Assembly: GCF_036321535.1 (NCBI RefSeq) | Contig: NC_087447.1 | Location: 40,426,001-40,490,000 of the forward strand | Direction: 5' to 3' | DNA length: 64,000 nucleotides | Source of the DNA: Camelus dromedarius | Lineage: Eukaryota | In this document: positions 55,980 to 64,000 of the stretch, in pieces | Position numbering within the stretch: position 1 is the stretch's first letter | Layout: each line of letters opens with the position of its first letter | The notes under the pieces: model-generated | Told to the model about the DNA's origin: nothing | Database searches by the model: none | The model's input: only the letters and a program-made list of their open reading frames with translations | Translations under genes and position numbers: made by a program

Positions 55980-56006
55980 AAAATGGCGGCGGTCGCTCTC
56001 GCGAGA
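55980..56006. promoter_or_regulatory. YY1 motif (AAAATGGCGGC, 55980-55990) next to the TCTCGCGAGA palindrome (BANP/'Kaiso' CGCG element, 55997-56006)
   Basis: Exact matches to well-known motifs of housekeeping CpG-island promoters. Binding is inferred. Confidence 0.75.
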
Positions 56007-57599
56007 ATTCGGGCCGTCGGGCTCCGAGCCGGGCGCTTGGCGCCCAAGGTGCCGAGACAGCTGCCGCTCGCGTCTAATTATCTCAGCTCTTACTCAGCCT
56101 CTGGATGTGTAAGATTTGTTGAGAGGCCAAGTAAACGCTGATCGTCAAGGGATCTGGACCGTCCATCTCGGGTCTCCCTCCGCCGGCAGGGAAAGGACCA
56201 GGCCTTAGGGTGCTCCATGCCTTGCGGGGCTCTTCCCACCGGGAAGAGACGCGAGCCTAAGGCCGCCCCTCTGACCCTACCACCAGCACTGCTCTCCCTT
56301 CCCGTTAGAAAAGCGCCTGCACTCATCCCTTCTTCACAGAGCCGCAGCCTCTGCCTGGAAGAGAAAGCACCTCAGGCTCCTTCCCGGCCTCCGCCATCAG
56401 ACACGGTCCCGGCTAGAAAGGACTGCGTTTTCCGGTCTTCCCACCCTCCTGACGGCCCCGGCTCGAGGGACCTCAAGGCCCGTCTCCTGCTAGGGGAGGC
56501 GACAGCCCTGGGCTCAGGGAAGTGGTGTCACACCCCTCCCCCCCATCAGAGCAGCACTCTTCTGAGCTCCTTTGGGGAACTTCCTTCTCCGACAGGTTTA
56601 AGTCTGGGGCTGAGATAGCTTCAGAGAGTAGGGCTGCAGCTTGGACCTAGGATCCTGTTTTTAAATATTTTTAGACTACTTTAATCTCCTCTGGCAATAA
56701 GCATTGTTCTCTGTCTTATACGAAACAAATTTTGCAATAGTTATCTTTCCAAATCCTACTCCTTCTTCAAACCTTCCTTTACGAAACCTCAGTGGGATAT
56801 CCTTCATGAAGACCTCCGTGGTACAGCGATTTTAGAGCATGCAGAGATAATATAATCCTGCCATGTTCCTAACACCCACAGCATTAACTACCTATACCTG
56901 TGCTCTCCCAACTTTTTTTGATTGCACTGCCCTTTTACCAAAAAAAAAAAAAAAAGTCTGTATACTTATGTAAGTTATATACATGTTCTGTTGCGTATGA
57001 CATAAACATTTTTAAAACATAAAAAAGATAAACATTTAAAGTAACTGTTAGAGTTATTTTCTATATTATCTTTTAAAAATCCTTGTTATCATCACTAAAA
57101 ATATTTAGTGAAAGCAATATGATTGACTATTTTTCAGTGATTTAAAAAAATCTGTAATACTTTGCGAAACAGTTATTAAAATGTGTGGTTCAACATTCAG
57201 GTTATTTCTGTACTTTGTTTTAACGGCTGTCATAAGTTTAAAAAGATAACTCACCAAGATACGTAGATCCTAATGGAAGAAGTACATCTTTGGCTGCTCT
57301 TACTAAATGCAAGAATCCGTTTTTATCACTTCCATCCCCCAACCATGGAAAGTTTTTGTTGAAATTCAACTAGTAACTTTCTATCTTCCCTGATGTCATC
57401 CAGAAGATGTTGCATTTTTATATTTTTTCCAAACTCTTTGAAATGCGTTTCTTGGAAGATTTTTTTTTAATGAGTTGGAAAATTCTGTCCTCAAGTTTTA
57501 GTATACATGCATAATTTCTTTTTAGAGTACTGATCTTGCTTTTATTTAAAATGTTGATATTTTTGTTTATCATAGATTTTTGCATTGGTTTTGACTTTT

Positions 57600-57710
57600 T
57601 AAGATATTGCATTAAGATATTATTTATCTTGACTACTGAGTCTGGGACATCCCCTTAAATTTTGTGCCTGAGGTGAATGTCTCACTTGCCTCACTGTAAT
57701 CCCAGCCTTG
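57600..57710. mobile_element. MER91-like hAT fragment
   Basis: ccccttaaattttgtgcctgagg...ctcacttgcctcac...cccagccttg. Confidence 0.55.
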
Positions 57711-60700
57711 GATAGCACACATATGTCATCTTGCAACAAAATCACATAATGGAAGTATTTCCAAATCTCTGATTTCAAAATGTCATGCCCACTGCTTAAC
57801 AAGATGGCTTCCATAGAGCTCATGCTAGAAGCAGACATGTCATCTCCACTATCATCTTTTTTGCTTATGCTTGCATTATTATCTCCAACTCATGTTTTCT
57901 TTCCAGAAATCTTTTTTAGCTACTTCCACTTTAGTGGGGGTTAATTTAATGAAATAATAATGCAATTGGTAAATTTACTTAACCCAGCACACATAAGCTG
58001 AAAGAAATCACAATATATTAAAACAAAAGAAAATGAAGAAACCTCCAAATATTTCTCCATATCGCCTAAACTGCACTATTCACTCATTAACAGTGAGATA
58101 CCAGGGTTGATCTATATAGTATATGGAAGACTTAATTTTTTTGTGTGTTTTTAGATAAAAACAAGTATTTTTTAAAGTTTCAGTATTTTCTTCCCATGAC
58201 CCCCCTTGTTGCACACTTTTCTTTTTAGAGGCCATTGGTGTGACTGTACTAGAGACTGTATTAGGTTGGTAGGTATACAATAAATATTTGTGGAATAAGT
58301 ATATGAATGCATGAATTGATTAATAAATAAATGAATGAGTAGAAATATATGGCTACTCTTTCTAGTAAATTAAGTTACAGATGTTACATATACATGTGTT
58401 TATTTATTTTATATATGAATTTTATGTCTCCAGCCCTAACTTTTCCCATGGGCTCCAAACTCATAAATCCAATCTACCTTTCTGATGACTCAAAACTTCC
58501 CAAATTTAATTTGACCTAAACAGAATATTCGCTTTCCAAGTGTCCCCTACCTACCTCCTGCAACATATACTCTGTCAGTTCTCCCCACCTGAGTATATTA
58601 CACTGCCATCAGTTCAGTTTATCAAGACAAAAACTTGAGAATCTTCATCTTATGTTCAGTTCATTACTAAGTGCTGTTGCTTCCTCCTCTGAAATATATC
58701 CCAGTCCAACAACTTCTCTTTATGTCTACTGCTGCTCGTCTCACTCCAATCACTATCTTTTCTTGCCTGGATTACTGCAGTTGTCTCCTAACTCCTGGTT
58801 CCTGGTTTCTACTCTTATTCCCCAGCAATTTATATTCCACAGAGCATCCAGAGTGATCTTTTAAAAATATATCAGATTATGTTCTTCTCTTATTTAAAAC
58901 CTGTCGATCTAAATTAGTTTCTTTAATGCATCCTCTGTGCCTGGAACCACATAGTAGGTGCTTCATAAATATTTGTTGAATTAATGACATTTTCCATGTG
59001 TGATTCATGTTAAAAAAAAGAAGTCCCAAAAAGGATTGTTTGTTTTCCTTATAACTTTTTTGGATTATTTTTCTTTTTCCTTTCACTTTAAAATGTTCAT
59101 AATAGAGTCCCAGTCAAAACATGACAAAAATATCAGAAAAACCCAGATTGGGGGACACTCTACAGGATATCTGGCCACTATTCTTTAGTTAAGCTTGAGA
59201 TAAACAATGAAACACTGAGAAACTGTCACAGACAAGAGGAGACCATGGAAATATGACAACTAAATGCATTGTGGTACCCTGGATGGGATCCTGGAACAGA
59301 GAGAGAACATTAACACAAGAACTGGTGAAATTCAAATAAAACCTGTAGTTTGGTTACTAATGTTCCAAAGTCAATTTCTTAGTTTTGATAAAGGTACAAC
59401 GGTAACATAAGATGTTAACCATGGGGGAAGCTGGGAAGGGTACATGTGTACTCTCTGTCTGTCTTAGCAACTTTTCTGCAAATCTAAAATTATTCTAAAA
59501 TAAAAAGTGTATTTTAAAATGTTCATGGTAATACCTAAGGTATTTCTTTCCTCTTTTATATTTCAAGACCTTTTGTGAAACATTTCTATGTTTTAAATGA
59601 CTTTTAAACAGCCATATAGTCAAAGTCATATGATACAATTTAAGAGCTAGTGATATGTAAATCAACTACACTTCAATAAAAAATAAAATTTAAAAACGAA
59701 AAAAAAATGAGTTAGTGATAATGTTTATCACTGTAACTGGAACTATTAGTAATAATGTTAAATGCATTTTGTAAATGTTGAGTAGAGGTTTTCACCATGA
59801 CTATGTTTTAATGAGGTTAAAAGAAGATCTTTAGTGATGTGGCTTTGGAGCCAGACTGACCTGTTCTGAGATCCAAGCTCTGCCACTCTCTCCACATGAG
59901 ACCTCTCTGAACCTCTTCTTTCTCAACTAGAAGATGGGAGTAATAAAGTATGACTTTGGCATTTACCAATTTAACATTTGCAGCTTTGGCCAGAAAGTTT
60001 TATGATATGTAGCATTCTATAATTGAGCTAAAGACGAAATCTGAATTTTATACTTTAGCTGGAGTATAGGGGACTGTACAGCTGAATGACTGAAATAATT
60101 GGTTACCTGAATTTGAATCCTACCCGTGTTATTATCAACTGTTTGGCCTTCCTGGATAGATCTCTTAAATTCACAAGCTTTAGTTTTCTTATCTGTAAAA
60201 TAAGGATGATAATAGCTCTATCTTACATTATATTATTTGTATTAAATAATAAAGAAAATAATAATAATCACAAAACTAAAACAGCTAAGATCGGTTGAAT
60301 ATATATCATATATATCTCCAACGCTTTTCTAGGCGCTTTATACATATTTCATTCAATTATCTCAACAACTTTATGCATAACCATTACTATTACCCCCCCT
60401 TTTACAAGTGAGGAAATTGACATAAAGCCTTGAAGCACACAACACACTGCCTGGCATACACTAAATCAATATATGCCGGCTACAGTTTTCCCAGGACTAG
60501 TCTGAGCTCCATGAGGGACTGTGCATCCCTAACAATGCCTGGCACACAGTAGGTGCTTTTAAATATTTGTTGGATAAATGAGTTAATAAACTAGTATTTT
60601 AGCTACTGAATAAATCTTCTTGATCACCCAGCAACTGTACTTTGACATAGTTTCATCGTTGCCTACTCTTCTCCACCCGTGTAGTATGTCCATGAACATG

Positions 60701-61296
60701 CTTAATATTTTCTTTTGTTTTGCAAATGGCTCTGAAAAGAAATCCAACCATTAGCAATGAGATTGAAGTAACTAATAAAGAGATAGGCTCTCTGGCTAAG
60801 TTGGAGTGTGGAATGTAATATTAGTCAATGGCTTATAGTTGTGATGGAAATGACAACACCAATAAAGAAACAGGAAAAAACAATTTGGGAAACTGTTTCA
60901 GTAAGTGCTTCCACCACTGGGAGGAAAAAAAGTAATCAACTGAGTAGGAAATGTAGTAAACACTGAAAAGATGACTAAATTTTGGTGTGAAGATAAGAAC
61001 AGGAAACATGATACTCAAAAAAATGTAACCCAGGAAAAACCTAGGAAGATACACAAATATTTTTATGAAGCAATAGAGTGAAGATGTTAGTGGAGCTCTC
61101 AACCTACTTTGACCTCAGAGAAATATTAGTTCAAGGGCCTGAAGTAGCATTCTCCATTAATATAAACTGAAAAAGAATCATTGCCACGGAAGTGCTTCCC
61201 TCTTTCTAAGCTAAAGAAATCCATAAAACAAACGGTTTATAGCTCAGTGTGTTCAACAGCATAAAAAGGCTCACGTTAACAGGAAACATGGGGTTG

Positions 61297-61354
61297 GGGA
61301 GGGAAATAGCTCAGTGGAAGAGTGCATGCTTAGCATGTACAAGGTCCTGGGTTC
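61297..61354 (+). mobile_element. tRNA-derived SINE, 3'-truncated
   Basis: Head only, ending at cctgggttc. Confidence 0.8.
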
Positions 61355-61991
61355 TGCATATGCTCAAAGTTCAAGGTCCAAGAATAAGGAGGAATCTAAT
61401 AATATAAAGTTGGAGCCATGGCATTAATCTTTTGAAGTGGTTCCGTACGATCTTTGCAACAGAGTAGTATTTATAAATTTCGTGTTTGACTAGATCTCAG
61501 TATTCCTTGAGAATCTCGGGGCTCGTCGTAATAATTACTTTATAGGATTGTGAGGATTGGAAATAATGTACACCAAAGTGAATATTTTCTAATAATTTTG
61601 TCATGGAACAAAAACAAAACTCAGAGGTGCAAAAGAAAAGATGGTAATAAAAATTGTTTAACTTGCACATAGCAAAATACTAATATAAAATCAAAAGACA
61701 AAATATCAGTTTGAAGAATACTTGCAACAAATATGACAAACGGCTAATTTCCTTAATATAAAAGAGCTCTTTTAAATCAATAAGGAGAAGATGAACAACC
61801 CAACAGAAGAATGCTTAAAGAAGATAAATTGGCACTTCATAAAAAATGAAGTACAAATTGACAATAAACTTTTGAAAAAATGCTCTACTTTACTCATTAT
61901 TAAAGAATTGCAAGTGTAAAAAAACTTCTATCATTACTCTCAGATTAGCAAGACTTATGGGGAAATAAGAACTCATTTCAATTTTTGCAGA

Positions 61992-62100
61992 GGCACAGGA
62001 TGTAGCTCGGCGGTCCTGGGTTCAATCCCCAGTACCTCCTCTAAATAAATAAATAAGTAAAAACCTAGTTATCTCCCCTCCAAAAACAATACAAACAAAA
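61992..62100 (+). mobile_element. tRNA-derived SINE with internal deletion
   Basis: tagctcggc-ggtcctgggttcaatccccagtacctcc plus the family tail; the anticodon arm is missing. Confidence 0.78.
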
Positions 62101-62753
62101 ACCTTGTGGCATATGAATTAAAGTAAACTTCTTCAAAGGCAATATGGCATTATATATATACCAAAATTATACACAAAATGTATACACCCCAGCAATTCTA
62201 TTTCTAAGATTATCTTTCAGCACAAATGAAAAAAGGTATATACAGAATGATGTTCATTACAGTATTGTTTATAATAACTCAAAACTAGAAATATTATGAA
62301 AATTTGCCAATAGGATTATGTAAATTATGGTGTACTCAAACCACACGTAGTATGTAATACTACATAGTTGTTAAAATAGAGATGAAAATCTTAAAACTGA
62401 TATGGACTAAATGCAGCATGGTGTGCTGGCTTGGATTCTGAATAGAAAAAGACATTAGCAAAAAAACTAGGGAAATCTGAGTAAAGTCCAGAGTTTAGTT
62501 AATATTAATGTACCATATTAATTTCTTATTTTTGCCAAATATTATATAATATTCTCATATTACATACTTCATGTTTAATATTATATATTTCACATAAGCT
62601 CATATTATAACTTCCTATAAATCCAAAGTTATTCCAAAATGAAAAGTTTTTTTTTAAAGTGGTATAGAAAGAAAATCAAGATATAATAAATGAAAAAAAA
62701 GCAAGTTGCAATATGTCATGTACAGCATTTGTGTACTAAAAGATGGGGGTCAT

Positions 62754-63534
62754 CCATAAACGATAAATGCTTGAGAGGCTATGGAGAAAAGGGAACCCTC
62801 CTACACTGCTGATGGGAATGTAGTTTGGTGCAGCCATTAGGGAAAACAGTACGGAGATTCCTCAAAAGACTAAAAATAGACTTACCATATGATCCAGCAA
62901 TCCTATTCCTGGGCATATATCCAGAAGGAACCTTAATTCAAAATGATACATGCACCCCAGTGTTCATAGCAGCACTATTTACAATAACCAAGACATGGAA
63001 ACAACCTAAATGTCCATCGAAGATGACTGGTTAGAGAAGATGTGGTATATTTGTACAATGGAATACTACTCAGCCATAAAAAGAATAAAATAATGCCATT
63101 TGCAGCAACATGGATGGACCTGGAGGAGGTTATTATAAGTGAAATAAGCCAGAAAGAAAAGGAAAAACACCATATGATATCACTTATATGTGGAATCTAA
63201 AAAAAAAAAAAAGACAAACAAATTTATTTGCAAAACAGAAACAGACTCACAGACATAGAAACCAAATTTACGGTTACCAGTCATGGAAGGGGGTGGGAAG
63301 GGGTAAATTGGGAGTTCAATATTTGCAGATACTAAATACTATATATAAAATAGATAAACAAGTTTATACTGTATAGCACAGGGAACTATATTCAATATCT
63401 TGCAGTAAGTTACAGTGAAAAAGAATATAAAAATGAATATATGTATGTTCCTATATGACCGAAGCATTGTGCTGTACACCAGAAATTGACACAACATTGT
63501 AAACTGACTGTACTTCAATAAAAATATTATTTTA
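62754..63534 (+). mobile_element. 5'-truncated lineage-specific L1
   Basis: ORF2 C-terminus (ORF 62825..63034), 3'UTR, AATAAA; 16-bp TSD aaaagatgg(gg/ag)(g/t)tcat-like at 62738-62753 and 63535-63550 (2 mismatches). Confidence 0.92.
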
Positions 63535-64000
63535 AAAAGATGGAGTTCATATATATAGAGAGAGGCTGTCAATAGCAATGTCAAGGTTAGCTGGGATCTT
63601 CCATTTTTCATTTTCACATTAAATCATGCTATGTTCTTTTAATTTTTTTATGGGGTGAGAGGCATGTGTGTCATAATTTTAAAACAACTGATTAAAAAAT
63701 AAGGTATGGAAATTGACTAACATGGTGACTGAAACATTGTAGATGCGCAATACTTGGAAACTTTTATGGTCTTTTATTGTCTGCTTTGGTTCTTAAGTTC
63801 TTTATTATAACTCTAATAACAATAGCAAATGGTTATTAAGTATTTACCGTGGTTTCCAGGCTTTATGTTAAATATTTTACACATAGTGTCTCATTACTCC
63901 CCACAACATTCTGAGTTGATACAATTATTATTTTGCAACAGGGAAACAATAGAGGAGTAAAGTAACTTGCCAAGGTCACAAGGCTAATAAATGGTAGAGC

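Larger units (their letters stand above)
55400..56520. promoter_or_regulatory. USP47: CpG island / USP47 promoter and 5'UTR
   Basis: Abrupt GC- and CpG-rich block in otherwise AT-rich, CpG-depleted DNA; contains exon 1 and GCC/GGC runs at ~55905-55940. Confidence 0.93.

Noticed and set aside
55301..56618. Several 78-141 aa ORFs across the CpG island
   Set aside because: Low-complexity Pro/Arg/Ala/Gly products expected from stop-poor GC-rich DNA; only the 13-codon USP47 exon is recognisable.
1..64000. CRISPR arrays, operons, rRNA or other prokaryote-type systems
   Set aside because: None seen; the window is spliced mammalian gene sequence with interspersed repeats.

Overview
Mammalian genomic DNA, most likely camelid (inferred from the tRNA-Ala(AGC)-headed SINE family and the L1 tails). 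The window holds the 5' part of USP47 on the minus strand: a CpG-island promoter (~55.4-56.5 kb) and five coding exons read directly from the sequence with GT/AG boundaries (55691-55729, 14468-14527, 6821-7024, 3481-3594, 1927-2065). The gene continues past the left edge. The introns are dominated by mobile DNA: a decayed full-length L1 nested in an older L1, many 5'-truncated L1 tails with target-site duplications (TSDs), eight SINEs, MaLR/ERV LTRs, DNA transposon fossils and MIR/L2. Three retrocopies stand out: a TSD-flanked MAPKAPK5 3' fragment (sense to USP47, with a phase-compatible cryptic acceptor), an old H3.3A pseudogene and a polyadenylated ERV RNA copy. I found no convincing novel system; the best leads are testable hypotheses. 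Gene and repeat names come from recalled sequences, not database searches, and old-repeat boundaries are approximate.
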